Shown: positions 12,111-26,073 of the stretch, in pieces | How the letters are laid out: every line of letters begins with the position of its first letter | Position numbering within the stretch: position 1 is the stretch's first letter | Assembly (NCBI GenBank): GCA_951406725.2 | Contig: OX597819.1 | Coordinates: 87,048,001 to 87,112,000, forward strand | DNA: 64,000 nucleotides | From: Octopus vulgaris | Lineage: Eukaryota | Reading direction: 5' to 3' | Notes under the pieces: model-generated | What the model saw: only the letters and a program-made list of their open reading frames with translations | Told to the model about the DNA's origin: nothing | Database searches by the model: none | Translations under genes and position numbers: made by a program

Positions 12111-12842
12111 AAAATTATATAATGTAACCTTTCCTAATTTTACGATATGATTTGGCTGTTGTTGCTAGCATGCTAAGCGATTAACATAGAGATTCTTTCG
12201 TTGGCTTGAAACCAAGTCTGCGATCAATTGTAGATTTTTCGGTGAAGAAAATGGCTTCATTAAGAATGGCTTTGCAAGGAGACTTCAAGAGCTTCTGACA
12301 AGCTATAAGGAACTATTTTTAGACTTAGTTCTAGTAAAAGTATTAATGTAGTCTGGACTGCACCATCTGATTTCAGTAATAACATGCAGAGAATACGAAC
12401 TCATCGTACGGGTTACGGTCCGAACTTCATATCCGCTATTGATGTTACAGAATGTCACTTTTTACGTTGCTTTACGTTGGAAACTAATATCTCTAACTAT
12501 TCATAGTTGCTCTGATAGTATCGCAGTCTTCTTTTGATTGCGAATCCGGCTCTAGCTTTTTAGTAATGACTTCCGTGAACTGACTGGAATCGCTACTTTC
12601 AGGACCATTTAACCATTTAACTTTTCCGTTTCGTCGACAGATTTCTGCAAGCGAATTTTATTTCTCAGCTAAAAGCGTATGTCAGTGTGATCTAATTTTG
12701 TTCGTCATTATTTCTTCTGTAATTTATTTGTAGCCATTTCACATCCATGTATTCAAACTTTCCAATAAAAGCTACTCCAATCTACCATCATGATTTCAAA
12801 ACGAATAAGGAAAACAAAGCTAACAATCTCTAGTTGAAACCA

Positions 12843-12860
12843 AGGTTGCTATAGCAACCT
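12843..12860. promoter_or_regulatory. Perfect 18-bp palindrome matching an RFX X-box
   Basis: aggttgctatagcaacct; core GTTGCTATAGCAAC fits the X-box consensus; no associated gene identified. Confidence 0.35.
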
Positions 12861-13369
12861 CACACTAATGCACATATACACATATACTCACATGAGCACA
12901 CACAAAAAACATGCACGGTAACACTTGCGCGTGAGTGTGCGATTTTTCGAGTGTGTTCATGCGTGTGTGCGTATATTTTTTTCGTTGCAGCTAATAGTTT
13001 TCTCTTGCAGAGTTCAAGCTAGTCGCTCATAAAGGCTCATTTGTTGAAGATGTGTATGTACGTATGTATGTATGTACGTTTGTATGCATGCATGTATATG
13101 TGTATATGTGTAATATCAGGTCGTTCTGAGTGCTGCTGTGGTATATTATTCAGTACAATTTATAACTTAGTCGGGACGCCCCGACTACCCTGGCTCTCCC
13201 ACCAGGTTAGCTTATTGAAGAAGGGTGTTAGAAACCCGGCAGGACAAAACAAGAACTGTGAAAAGACTGATGTATCAGTTTGAGTGTGAATGAAAGAGTT
13301 GGATTGGAGTTATGCATACGGTGTGCCTCTTGTTCAGTAACATAATATAACGCAGCTATTTGTGCGTGT

Positions 13370-13592
<223 letters not shown>

Positions 13593-16162
13593 GAACTGGC
13601 TCACAAATACTCTGAAGTTAGGCAAATGCTCTACATCAGATAGAGCAGCAGCAGAACTGCTCTTTAATATAATGGATGAATACTTCCTGACTCAGCTAGT
13701 GCTCGAACGAACGAGACAGAATAAAACGATCTTGGATCTGGTATTGACCAATCACTCTAGCTTCGTTCACAGTATTTCAGTTGAAAAACTCTCCTCTCAG
13801 ACCACGACATGGTACTCTGCAATTTTAATTCCCGACATATAAAAACCAAACCAGCCAATCCCACTCCATGGCACCCATTTGACAACATAAACTTCCACAA
13901 AGCGGACTGGGGAGCAATCAGAAAGGGTCTGTCTTTCATTGACTGGTCTTTTATTCTCAATTCCACCCATATTGAGACCGCATGGCAGCACTTTGAAAAC
14001 ATTGTCACCTATACATGCTCTAAACACGCTCCTACGAAATCTACTAACACAAACAGAAACCGGCTCCCTAAAAAGAAAAAAAAACACTCATCAGGCGCAT
14101 CAAAAGACTCAACAAAAAAATCAACCAATTAAAATATTCCCACACACAACATCCACATTCAACAACAATGAAAAGGCTAGAGCTGGAAAAACTTCATCTG
14201 CAGACCGACATGAAAACCTCCATTGAAAATCAAAGAGCTGTGGAGGAACAGTGGGTAATCAAAAACATCAAACAGAACCCAAAAGTGTTCTATTCTTATG
14301 CAAATAAGCATAGAACCACTGTCTCACCCATTGTGCCATTGATTGATGATAACGGCATTCCCCAACACGATGCTAAAGAAATGGCAGAAATACTGCAGAA
14401 ACAATACTGCTCTGTCTTTAGTGTTCCCACTGATATTGACGTAAGAGAAGCGAACGAAGTTGACTCCCAACATAAAATCTCAGACATAACCTTCACTGCC
14501 ACTGACATCGTAGCAGCAATAAATGAAGTCAAATACTACTCTGCTGTAGGCCCTGATAGATTCCCCACTAGTCTCCTGAAGGAATGTAGACACCAACTTG
14601 CAGTCCCTCAGACCAACCTCTGGAGAAATTCGTTAGACGCAGGTTATATACCGAAACAGTTTCTATCCCAGTCAGTCATCCCGGTTTTCAAACAGGGAAA
14701 CAGATCCCTCGCACTCAACTATCGCCCAATCTCACTCACCTCCCACATCATTAAAGTGTTTGAAAGAGTATTAAGATCAAGGATAGCTGACTTCCTGAAG
14801 ACCCACAAACTCCTAAATGCAAATCAGCATGACTTTCGCTGTGGCAGGGACTGTCTAACACAGCTCTTACACCACATTGAAGATGTACTCAAAGCCTTGG
14901 GAACAGGTTCGAACTCAGACGTCATATATCTTGACTTCAGTAAAGCGTTCGACAGGGTAGACCATAATATCCTACTCTCAAAATTGGCAAATGTTGGAAT
15001 CCGTGGAAAAGTTCTACACTGGATTAAGTATTTCCTGGCGAATAGAACACAACATGTTGTAGTTGTTGCATTCCACTCAAGCCCAGCAAAATTCACCAGC
15101 GGTGTCCCCCAGGGGACTGTCTTGGGTCCGCTACTCTTCATAATTTACATAAACGAACTTTCCAGTGTCGTACATTACTGCAAAGTGAAAATATTTGCTG
15201 ATGACACTAAGCTCCAGCAAATCGTCAATGAAGAAGCAGACCGAACTCAACTCCAGTCTAATCTATATGCTGTGAGTCAATGGGCAGACAGAAACAAAAT
15301 GCAACTGAACGAGGGAAAATTTGAGCTGATGCATTTTGGAAGAAATTCCTCACTAAAACAGCCATACTCTCTTCCTTCAGGGGAACCGCTCACAGCCTCT
15401 AACAATATCAGAGATCTGGGTGTAATTGTTGATGACGATCTCAGTTGGAGTGCACACATCAACAAGAAGGTCGATATAGCTCGTAGGATGAGTTCCTGGA
15501 TCTTAAGAACTTTCTGGTCCAGAGAACAAGGTGTCATCATACCACTTTTCTCCTCCTTTGTACGGCCACACCACGAATACTGCTGCCCACTGTGGTCTCC
15601 CCATACAGGACAAAACATCTCGAGGATTGAGTCACCCCAGAGGGCACTCACTAAACGAATTGAAGGCATGGCAGCTCTCGATTATTGGGATCGCCTTAAA
15701 GCCTTGAAACTTTACTCTCTCCAGCGTCGCCGTGAGCGATGTGGAGAATATACCGCCAACTTTGCCCAAACGACCTGAACATTAGCTTCAAGGTTCATCC
15801 AAGACTGGAACCACGGGCCATACGTCCCCTGCCCAATTCAAGATCACAGCATACATGTACACTGCAACATAATTTCTTTTTCTCAACAGGCCCTGCCCTA
15901 TTTAACATTGTCCCGAAAGAGATCAAAGAGGAAAAGGATCCCATCAACTTTAAACGGAGTCTGGATAGATTCCTTCAAAGAATACCAGATAAGCCACCCA
16001 TAATTGGATACAACTCACCCAACAAGAACTCACTACTTGAATGGACCATAAACAAAACTTGACTTAAACAGGATTCGAATAATCCTATCAGGTGGTGCTA
16101 TTAAGTTAGACATGGCCTGGACCAATCTTTGGTAGAAACATATCTAAGTTTATCTAAGTTTA
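13593..16162 (+). mobile_element. 5'-truncated CR1-group LINE
   Basis: APE C-terminal [10 protein letters not shown] domain downstream, 3' UTR ending in tandem tatctaagtt repeats (16141-16160); frameshifts near 13800, 14080 and 15740. Confidence 0.92.
14168..15778 (+). pseudogene. LINE ORF2 reverse transcriptase (536-aa open fragment)
   Basis: NYRPISLTS, YLDFSKAFDRVDH, SGVPQGTVLGPLLF, FADD, LYSLQRRRER motifs. Confidence 0.93.
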
Positions 16163-16178
16163 TATATATGTATATATA

Positions 16179-16699
<521 letters not shown>

Positions 16700-16759
16700 T
16701 GTATATATATATATATATATATATATAGTTATATATATATACATATATATATATATATA

Positions 16760-18600
16760 AATGGAAGAAAAGTCAAGGTAGAAAATGCTAAAATAATTTT
16801 ATAAAAATCATTTCAGTACCGGTTTTAGTCATTGAGACTTTTTCAACTGTAAATATGGAAAACAATTAAATTTTGGAAAAATTAAAAGCTAAGCTTTTAA
16901 AAATAATATTTGCGTAGTATTCAAATACAAGGGGCATTTTCTTTGTTTCTGCCTGTCTCTGTCTCTCTTGTTTACTCTTGTGGGTTCGAGATCGTTGTGA
17001 ATTCTTGGCAGGGAAAAAGAAGAAGAAGAAGAAGAAGAAGAAGAAGAAGAAGAAGAAGAAGAAGAATGCGGGAGTGCCATGATAGTAGTAGTAAGTTAAA
17101 TGGTCAAAGGCCTGAAAGTGTTTTGTTGTAGATGGCAGTAGTGATTGAATTCTTGAGACATCTCTTTTGAAAGTATTGTTTATAAAATTTGCGTAGGTGT
17201 TATTCTAAACAGCAATAGCAGTAAAGTTAGTAGGGAACTGGCGGAGAGGAAAAAGACGAAGAAGAAAGAGAAAGAGAATGGAGAATAATAAAGGAATGTC
17301 GGTAGGATGTTAAATGGTCAAGTGACCTAAAAGTGATTCGTTATGGATTATAGCAGTGATTAGGACTGTTCTTTAATGAATTCTTGGGAATCTCTTGGGT
17401 GTATCATTTTAAATATTTGCGTGTGTGTTTGTGTTATTCTAAGGCCGTGGTGGATATGTTATTTGTTGTAGATGCGTTCAAAAGGGGTCTGTATGCTGTA
17501 ATAAATAGCGTCTCTTTACTAATTTGTTAGCTACAGGTTGTATCATCCCTGAATTGGTAGAGGGGAAAATTCTGAAGCTTAGATTTTTGTTATCAGATTC
17601 TCCGATGCAGATGTCAAGCTGCTTTTCACTGTAAAACGTTGTCCCTGTTTAAAGGAGAACTCTGATCCCGCAATTAAATTGACGCATACCCCACAATTGG
17701 GTCTTCGCATTTTTTACTGACGGCTTCTGTGTTTTTGTTGAGCGTATTCGGGCTTGTGTTAGGAGACTTTACATAAATTTGGGTTGTCTCTTGCTTTTTA
17801 TGATGGTGTGTGTTTGGAGGATTATATTCATTTTGTAGTCCATTTTTAGCAGGGGAATGTTTTCAAGGATGGTGTCGCAGGTTCTATTGTTAAGAGGGTT
17901 GTGTGTGGAGATGTATGGTAGGGCTTTTGGTTGTAAATCCTTCTTTAATTTGGGATGTCTGAGTTCGTAGATGTTGAGTTGAAGGGCACGTTGAAAGTAT
18001 ATGTCAATTAGTGAAGGTGGGTAGTTCCTGGTGATGAGTGTATCCTTTAGTTCATGTAGCCGTGTGTCTGGTATTTGTATTAGAAACTATAGTACATATC
18101 CTTTTTGCTAGGTTGAAGGGGACATTCATTCTGGTGTGTCTGGGGTGGCACGAGTTGAACGGTAGCTATTGCTTGGAGTCCGTGGGCTTATAGTATATAT
18201 CTGTTTCTATCACGTTGTTAGATTTGTTAATGAGGATGTCGAGGAAGGGAAGTTCTTGATGGCTATATTCCATCGTGGATTGAATGTCTACGTCAAGACC
18301 ATTTATAAATGCTTGGAATACTTTAAGACTTTCGATACTTTCATGTCAAAGAATGAAACAGTCATCCAGTTTTCCCTTCCAGCTATTTTCTATGTAGAAG
18401 GAGAATGGGCTGCCGCATTTTTCCTTTATAGTAACAGTCCAACGGATGTTTATAGAAGAGGAGACTCTTCCAATTGACGACTGGGATGTTGTTTGGACTT
18501 GGTGTCTTGCTCTTTATATGTTTCAGATATTGTAAAGGCTTTTCTATGGTGATCGGCAGGATATCTGATATTTTCTGGTTGAAAAAAGGATCGTCGGCAA
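16760..18600 (-). mobile_element. Decayed Penelope-like element (RT C-terminus, linker, terminal repeat region)
   Basis: Minus-strand translation fragments KLDD, LPFLDI, LPFNSCHPRHTRMNVPFNLAKRICTIVS typical of PLE RT; decayed hammerhead at 16814-16849. Confidence 0.8.
16814..16849 (-). ncRNA. Decayed minimal hammerhead ribozyme (PLE-associated)
   Basis: Minus strand CAG-TTGAAAA-AGTC-tcaat-GACT-AAAAC-CG-GTA-CTG: helices I and II and the palindromic ACCGGT are intact, three core bases are substituted. Confidence 0.6.
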
Positions 18601-18649
18601 ATTTGATGTTACATAGATCGATGTTAACAAGCAGGCGTCTAAAGTAGTG

Positions 18650-18905
18650 AAATCAAGCATCTAGACACAGATCAGGGATTCCACCACAATACAGATCACA
18701 GGAATCAAAATGGCTTCCACAAAAGGAGATGAACACTACCATTGATCTTTAGAAGAATTATAGAAGAGCTCAGGATCTTCGAACAAAAAGCATCAGTCGT
18801 ATTTGCAGTTTCTCCAAGTCATTTGATATCAACAGAAAGACCCGTTGAATTATGGTATGGTATCCTAAATAAGATTTTCAAAACTATATGGCCAACCAAA
18901 GCCTT
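18650..18905 (+). mobile_element. RTE-like RT fragment
   Basis: Broken translation RRIIEELRIFEQKASVVF..FSKSFD resembles the LINE RT FxDFxKAFD region. Confidence 0.45.
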
Positions 18906-19293
18906 CACATGACATTGATCAGCTTGGAGCTATACTAAAAGAGATATGCCTAAGGTGCTGCACTGCGGGAATGAACCCGAAACTGCACATTTGCAAAGCG
19001 GGTTTCTTAAAAACACAGCCATTCCCACATCTGTGTATTTATTGTTAAAATTACGAAAGAATATATCAAGTGTTTTATGTCAAAAACAGTGTAGTAGTGG
19101 AAGAAATTCCAAAATGTCTTGCAACATTTAGTGCATATTACGTATTGACTGCAAATCATCCGACGCCTCCTTTTCAGCTTCATTTTCGTCAGTCAACTGC
19201 ACACATCCCAAACTTTATAACTGTATACCAATGTTAGAAGTTAATATTATCAAAAAATAAATTAATAAAATAATAATAAATAAATAAATAAAG

Positions 19294-19470
19294 ATGGCGG
19301 ACGGCAGACTCGTTAACTCTCAGGACGAAATGCTTCGCAGCGTTTCTTCTGGTTTCATGTTCCGAGATCAAATTCCACCGAAGTCGATTTCGCTTTTCAT
19401 CCGTTTCAGTGTCGATGTAATCGACTAGGTTCTTCTCACAATACTTTAAGCCGTGTGTCTATAGTGGAAA
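19294..19470 (+). mobile_element. tRNA-derived SINE
   Basis: ggcggacggcagactcgtta head and ccgaagtcgatttcgcttttcatcc core, as in 25221-25443. Confidence 0.7.
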
Positions 19471-19808
19471 GAAAATGATATTACAAAAATATGAAAAAAG
19501 AAATACTTTTATATTTTAATAAGTTGATGCTATTTCAAGGGTTGGTGAATTAGCGGAATTGGTTGCATAGCAGACCGAGTACTTTGTGGTGTCTAGTTGC
19601 GTTCTAACTTTCAGTCTCGCCTTACAATTTTTGCGAATTGAATACAATAAATATCAGTCAAGTTGCCAGTTCGATAAACTGTACTCCGTCTTATGGGTTT
19701 TTATTCGAGAAATTTGAAGTCACTTCACATCAGTATTCTTTTTTTTTCTTTACCGATGTGCAAACCATTTTCCTTAACCGTAAATATAAGTTTCAGCTTA
19801 CGTTTCAT

Positions 19809-20275
19809 GTGTGGAGGCGCGTGACTTAGTAGTTATGGTATTGAACTCATGATCGTAAGGTTGTGGTTTCGATTCCTGGACCGGGCGATGCATTGTGTTC
19901 TTGAGCAAAACACTTTATTTCACGTTGCTCCAGTCCACTCAGTTGGCAAAAATGGAGAATTTCTACGCCACTGAAACCGGGAAACCGACCCTTATGAGCC
20001 TGGCATGGCTCGAAAAGGAACATTTATGTGGAGGCGCGTGGCTTAGTGGTTAGGGTGTCAGCATCATGATCGTAAGCTTGTGGTTTCGATTCCTGGACCG
20101 GGCGACGCGTTGTGCTCTTGAGCAAAACACTTCATTTCACGTTGCTGGCAAAAATGAGTAACGCTGAGATGGACTGGCATCCCGTTCAGCTGGGGAACAC
20201 ATATGCCATTGAAACCGGGAAACCTGGCCCATGAGCCTGGCTAGGCTTTAAAAGGGCGCACTTATTACTTATTAT
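19809..20275 (+). mobile_element. Head-to-tail dimer of a tRNA-derived CORE-like SINE with shared 12-bp TSD
   Basis: Two units starting ggaggcgcgtg (19813, 20030) with A box, gtttcgattcc B box and ttgagcaaaacactt; cttacgtttcat at 19797-19808 and 20276-20287. Confidence 0.85.
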
Positions 20276-20349
20276 CTTACGTTTCATACCAGTTTCAAAA
20301 TTTTGCATACGGTGAGCTATTTTAGGAAGAAAATCAGTCCGTTACTTTT

Positions 20350-20473
20350 ATCGATCTAGAAAGAAATTAAAGGTAAAGTCGACCTCGGCGGAACTTCAAT
20401 TCAGAATGTACAGATGGATGAAATGCCACTAAGTATTTAGTCCGGCGTGCTAACGATTCTGCCAGCTCGCCGC
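20350..20473 (-). mobile_element. tRNA-derived SINE fragment
   Basis: aaagtcgacctcggcggaa...gctaacgattctgccagctcgcc matches 25340-25443. Confidence 0.8.
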
Positions 20474-20912
20474 TCTGTATGTAACGTTACATATTATCAG
20501 TTAATAAGCATTTTCACTAAACATCTTCCGGTAAATTGTAACTGTTTCAAGGAAATACCTGAAGATCTTATCAACAGCTCTCTAACCGAAATCAACCATT
20601 ACCAAACTTTCTCATCTCAACTGCAGTAGAATAGAACTTTTATTGGACTAATAGGAAAGGAGGTATCCGCTGGGTAGTCTTAAGTGGAAACTACTGGCAA
20701 TATATAAGATCAGATTGTAGATTAATCAGCACTTCCCGTTTCTATAATTAGAGATAAAATTTCAGTAATTAGATAATCGTATATTGTTTTCTATTTTGAG
20801 CCATTTGTTATAAATCAGTGTATTGTTACAGCTTTTTATTATAATTCATATATCTATGTATGAGTAAAACTGGTTTAGATCCAAAGTAGTTTAATTACTT
20901 CCAACCCTCCAA

Positions 20913-21110
20913 GGCAGAGAACTGGCGGAGTCGTTCGCACGCTGAACAAAATGGTTAGCTGCATTTCTTCCCATTTTATTTTCAGAGTTCAAATTCCGCT
21001 GCGGTCGACCATGCCTATTGCCCTTTCGAGAATTATGAAAATAAGTACCAATTGAGCTTTGAGGTCGATGTTATCGACAAGCACCCTCATCCGAAATTTT
21101 AGGCCTTGTG
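20913..21110 (+). mobile_element. tRNA-derived SINE
   Basis: gaactggcggagtcgtt head, gagttcaaattcc B box, aataagtacca core. Confidence 0.7.
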
Positions 21111-21289
21111 AATAAATTACGTGTATACCCTTCACTGTACTAAAATTTATTTCTAACTAACACAGAAATTTTCAGTATATTCTCTCAACGTTTTGATAAA
21201 CTGAAAAACAACTGAAATTCCGAATGGTTGACATCGATCAATGGTTACAATCATACTCTAAAGAGTATTGGCTATGCTGAAGATACCAA

Positions 21290-22250
21290 AACCCAACTAG
21301 GAAACTGATTAAGGGTAGTTGATAAAGCCAGCTACATAAAAGTATAGCGCTTCCTGTATAGTATCATACCCAGACTGCAGTGGCCATTTTTGCTGTACAG
21401 CAAAACCTCTAAACCCTGCATACCAGTTTCATCAGTGGTGAGAGAATTAAAAGTCATAATAGCAGCTCCATCAAGACCGTAAAGTATAGCAGAAGAAGGA
21501 AACCCCAGGAAGCTATAAGGGAAGCAGATAATACTAAAAACACGAAGAGATTCTTGCGGTAGTCTGTCAAAGACAGACAGGACTTGCCAATTGCAGCACC
21601 AATACCAGGGGCAAAGCAGAGCTCTTAATGCAAAGTATCCGTTATTCAACTGAGGAGGTTCGCCAGAGGAAAGCAATAGGGCTTGCTCACTGGGATCAAT
21701 GGATGTAATGAGACCAAGCACCTGAGTGTTCACTGGAGCACTGATCAGGGAAGATTGTCCTTCCTCCTTAGTGCTGTCACTGATCTCTTGCTGACCGGAA
21801 GCAACTTTAAAATATAGGATAATATAAGCAGTATGGAGCAAGACTTCACACAACGAATCACATTTTGATTGAATGTCCTAGGGTACTGGAAGAAGTCCGA
21901 TACAAGTAGAGATAACAAGGTTCTTGCAGAGAAATTCACATAGACTGATCTGTAAAGGTCGAAGGCTAATAAGCACCAGCCTGCTCCGCCAAAAGGTATC
22001 AAATTCCTAATGGAAGGTGACAAAAGCTCAAGGCTCTTGCGTTCATCCTCAGACTGGGAAATGCAAGTGGACTTGAGGGGAAGGCTTATCTTCCCAGAGG
22101 AAATAGTGGTAACATCACTCCGACCACACATGTTCCTGCTCCCTAGGAATGCAAAAACAATCACCGTGGATGAACTCACAGTGCTCTGAGAGGACAGACT
22201 CAATATTTCCTACCAGATAAAGAAATCAAAATATCAGGACTTAGACGATG
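21290..22250 (+). mobile_element. Decayed HERO/NeSL-like LINE 3' part (restriction-like endonuclease)
   Basis: Translation of about 22055-22245 WEMQVDLRGRLIFPEEIVVTSLRPHMFLLPRNAKTITVDELTVL*EDRLNISYQIKKSKYQDL resembles the RPD...ELTVPWE...KY signature; left boundary uncertain. Confidence 0.7.
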
Positions 22251-23755
22251 AGACCCTCGTCATACCATCTTCAACTGGCATTCGACAGGGTGATCCATTG
22301 GGTTCCCTCCTATTCGCTCTCCGGGTGGACAGCATCACGGCTCCTTTCAACGTTTGGTACCTCGAAGATGCAACGATAGGTGGGTCAGTAGAGAGGATTG
22401 CCCACGATCTCCGATCAGTGGCTTTTTATCGAGCGCGGATCAGCCTCCAGATAAACCCATCCAAGTCGGAGGTCGTGAACGTCAACTACGACCCAGTGGG
22501 TTTTGCTGTCTCTGTCTACCTGCTTCTGTCTACCACCTACGTGCCACTCGGTCCACCATCAGGTTTAAGGTTCTCCAGCTTGAAAGATAAACGGAGAGAC
22601 TGAATATGATTGATGCCAACCCAACACTGTTCCTGTTGAGGAACTGCTTCGGCATGCCGAAGATATTGTACACCTTCCGCAATGCTCTTGCTACAGCCAC
22701 GAGTCTCTCTTCACAGATCTCGATGCCTGTAACCAACGAGCTGCCCAAGAAATTATGCAACGCTCGGTTTAATAATACTGGATGATAACAGGCTACCTTA
22801 ACCATCAAATAGTGGCCTCGGCTTTCGATTCCGATCTCACTGGCCCTACCGGTTTTTCTTTCGTCGGTGATCTATTTCAGTGTCCTCATTAACAGAGTTC
22901 TTCACAACACAACTCAAACATCTCTGTTTGGGGGACGCGAGGCGGCCTACACTTCATGAAGCTAACTTGGTCTGCGCCCTGCTAACGTCTATCCCTCTCT
23001 CTCCTACGGACGTCTGGTCCCCTCAAAAGAAATGGGACGCCATCCAGTGTAACATGATATCGGTCAAGTTAGTGCGCCGACTTAACCAGCACTTTTGGCA
23101 TGTTTCCGCTAAGCCACCGAGCTTCACAACGGAGTTTGATTCAATTTCGTGCCATCATTCGCGACTAGCACCCAACTTAATTGCAACTGTTTGCGCATTG
23201 GCGTTTCACTGAGACTTGCCCTCCAGATCTGTGAGCCCGTGAATTCTGCTGCTGATCCGCTACGGATTACTTCGGCCTCCGCCTACTGTCATAGCAGTCA
23301 TAGCGCTGTTCGCTTTCCACACCATGCCAACCTTAACAAAATCATAAAGCCTGGCCTAGACGCCGCAGACTTCTCTTTCCAGCTCGAGCCAGCGGGCATG
23401 TCACATGCTGTGACACTTTCTCAAGCGGCAACTCGGTGAGTTCAGCTGCCAGTCCGAGTTCAGCTGCTCGTGAAGCTGAGAAAACCAAACTATCAAGGTG
23501 TCAGTCACTTTCTGATAGGTGAATAGTTGAGCTTAAGGCAATGGAGCCCTCCGGCGTTTCTTTGCCTCTGGACCATATCCCTGATCACCGCTATCGGGGC
23601 GAAGATGGTTGTCCGCAAGTGCAAGCCAGGTGAGTCAGAGTGGAAATTCCAGCACATCTCCCTCGTCACCGTCTGGGGCAATGCCTTTTTTATTTCGTAT
23701 GTTGGTACTATGATGCAGTCTGACTTACAGAAACTTCTACGTTCCACTCCTTAAT
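22250..23755 (+). mobile_element. Decayed CRE-like non-LTR retrotransposon
   Basis: GIRQGDPLGSLLFAL, WYLEDATIGG (WYLDD-type), INPSKSE, and downstream HHANLNKIIK (RHxxLN-like). Confidence 0.75.
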
Positions 23756-23789
23756 ATAAAGTTACTCAATATACATATATATATAAATG

Positions 23790-24790
23790 TAACCGCACGT
23801 GGACTGTTGGCGATTTTTTATTATTTTTCTTTCTTTCTCTTTGGACTTTCTTGTTTCTGACAAAGAGCTATGTTTGAAAAGCATTAACAACTTTCTTCTT
23901 TCACCGAGTTCGAATTAATATATTGCTTGTGCACGTTCTCGCGTTGTTTTTTTTTTTTTTTCTTTTTTTTTCTTCTCTGTTTTACTTTTCTTTCGTTCTT
24001 TGAACGGACTGTGTAATATCAAATGAATTTTTTCATTTATTGAGTGACTGAACGCCACGCATCCTGACTTTTGTAGACAGTAACTTTTTATATATTTTTT
24101 GCGTCTCTTTCTTTTTCTCTCGTCCTAATATTCCTTTCCTAGCATCCCTACTTCCTGTCTCCCTCTCTCTCGTCTTCTCACACTTAATTGTACACTTTCA
24201 CCATTCCCTTCGCTGTTCTCTCTCTCTCTCCCTCTCTCTCTTTCTCTCTCTCCCTCTCGCTTTGTCTCTCTCCCTCTCTTTCATCCTCCTTCCCTTCTAT
24301 CTAGTGCTCACACGTGACCCGTGACTAATTTTCCCATCTCTGCTTTTTCACCACCGGACACCTAACGTGCCTGTCAACTTTTTCTCCTCTCTTTCTAATT
24401 CTCTTTTTCTATATCCATTTAAGGATTTCTTCTAGGCGTTACCTATCATACTCGTGTTTGGCCGGGGGATACAAGCTACTGTAACACCCACCCTTAGTGG
24501 TTAGCCATATTGAGATGGCAAATATACCTCACACTTTATTTATTGTCTTCGTCTATCGTTTCAAATTACATTTGTTTACTTTAGTACGTCCGCCCTGTAT
24601 TGTCTTATTTGCACGAGCCCTCATTCTACCCAAACCTTGCGGGTGTCATCGATATACGAAGTTCTCAGTCTTATCGTTAAAGGTACGAAACTGATGAAGA
24701 ATTACAGTCCTTCTGTGTCTGTCCTACGTTTTTCATTTATTAACTGAACACCACGCATCCCGACTGTTGTTAACAGTAGTTTATATATAT
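23790..24790 (+). mobile_element. Composite non-coding repeat, probably PLE terminal-repeat derived
   Basis: Decayed hammerhead ctgacaa-a-gagc-tat-gttt-gaaa at 23857-23880; about 55-bp direct repeat at about 24030-24085 and 24730-24780; CT-rich body. Confidence 0.5.
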
Positions 24791-25063
24791 AAATAAATAT
24801 ATATATAACAAAAACCAAAAATTTGAAAATGAATTGCATATAACAAACAATAATTTTAAAATAATTTGTCTGTTAGTAATACTCAGTATATCCTGCTCCT
24901 GTTCTTTCCCCAGACCATTCAAGCACCAAACTAACCGAATACTTGACAAATCAAACAGTCTCTATGACTATCTTCTCCCTGAACTCAACTTCCTCCCCAC
25001 TACATAATGTATTAGCAACATCAGTTTCACTAAGAAACTGAAAGCAGGATGTACTGAGGAATG

Positions 25064-25121
<58 letters not shown>

Positions 25122-25220
25122 CTTACCATGAAATGGTCTTTTTCATGACGAATTCTACTTGGTGAAATTACTGATTACTTCTTAATTAATTAATTTTCCC
25201 CTTTGTTATTATATATATAT

Positions 25221-25443
25221 TTCTTTACTACCCACAAGGGGCTAAACATAGAGGACAAACAAGGACAAGCAAAGGGATTACGTCAATTACATCGACCCCA
25301 GTGTGTAACTGGTACTTAATTTATCGACCCCGAAAGGATGAAAGGCAAAGTCGACCTCGGCGGAATTTGAACTCACAACGTAACGACAGACGAAACACCG
25401 CTAAGCATTTCGCCCGGCGCGCTAACGTTTCTGCCAGCTCGCC
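25221..25443 (-). mobile_element. Well-preserved tRNA-derived SINE (resembles octopus OR-type SINEs)
   Basis: Minus strand ggcgagctggcagaaacgttagc A box, gagttcaaattcc B box, gtcgactttgcctttcatcctttcggggtcgataaattaagtaccag core; at least six relatives in the window. Confidence 0.88.
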
Positions 25444-25444
25444 G

Positions 25445-25529
<85 letters not shown>

Positions 25530-25559
25530 CCACATACACACACGCGCGCATAAATATAT

Positions 25560-26073
25560 AATAACGTAAAAAATATATAAACATATGTATATATACATAC
25601 ATATATGTACATACCTACATCTATAAGTATGTATACTTACATTTATGGGTACAGGACACCAAAAAAAGGTTGAACACAAAGAAAAACGAAAACATAAAAA
25701 CAAAAACATGGAAACGAACTTTTTTTCAAACAACGAAAAAACAGAGTACAAGACATACAACACAAGGAATATTCCCCTTCTTCAGTTGTCCCTGTTTCAT
25801 CTACTCCGTGTTTTGAACGTAAGCACAAGACGCGACTTCGTTGAAACAGTCCTTCCCGCAAATCAAATTAAATAAAATTTGGGATTTTTTGCGGAGGGGT
25901 AAAAGTGGTAACAAGAACAGGACAGTAAAAACAATATAAATAAAAACAGTAAAAGCCAGGACAAGGAGAATAACACAGTAAAAACAAACGATGAGGGTTG
26001 TTTAGACAAGACGATGGAAACATTATTTTGAACGCATTGAGGAGACAGCTTATGAGAAGGACAGGATAAGCCG

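Noticed and set aside
13109-13352. Solo LTR
   Set aside because: Only a weak TGT start and imperfect terminal inverted match; no TSD
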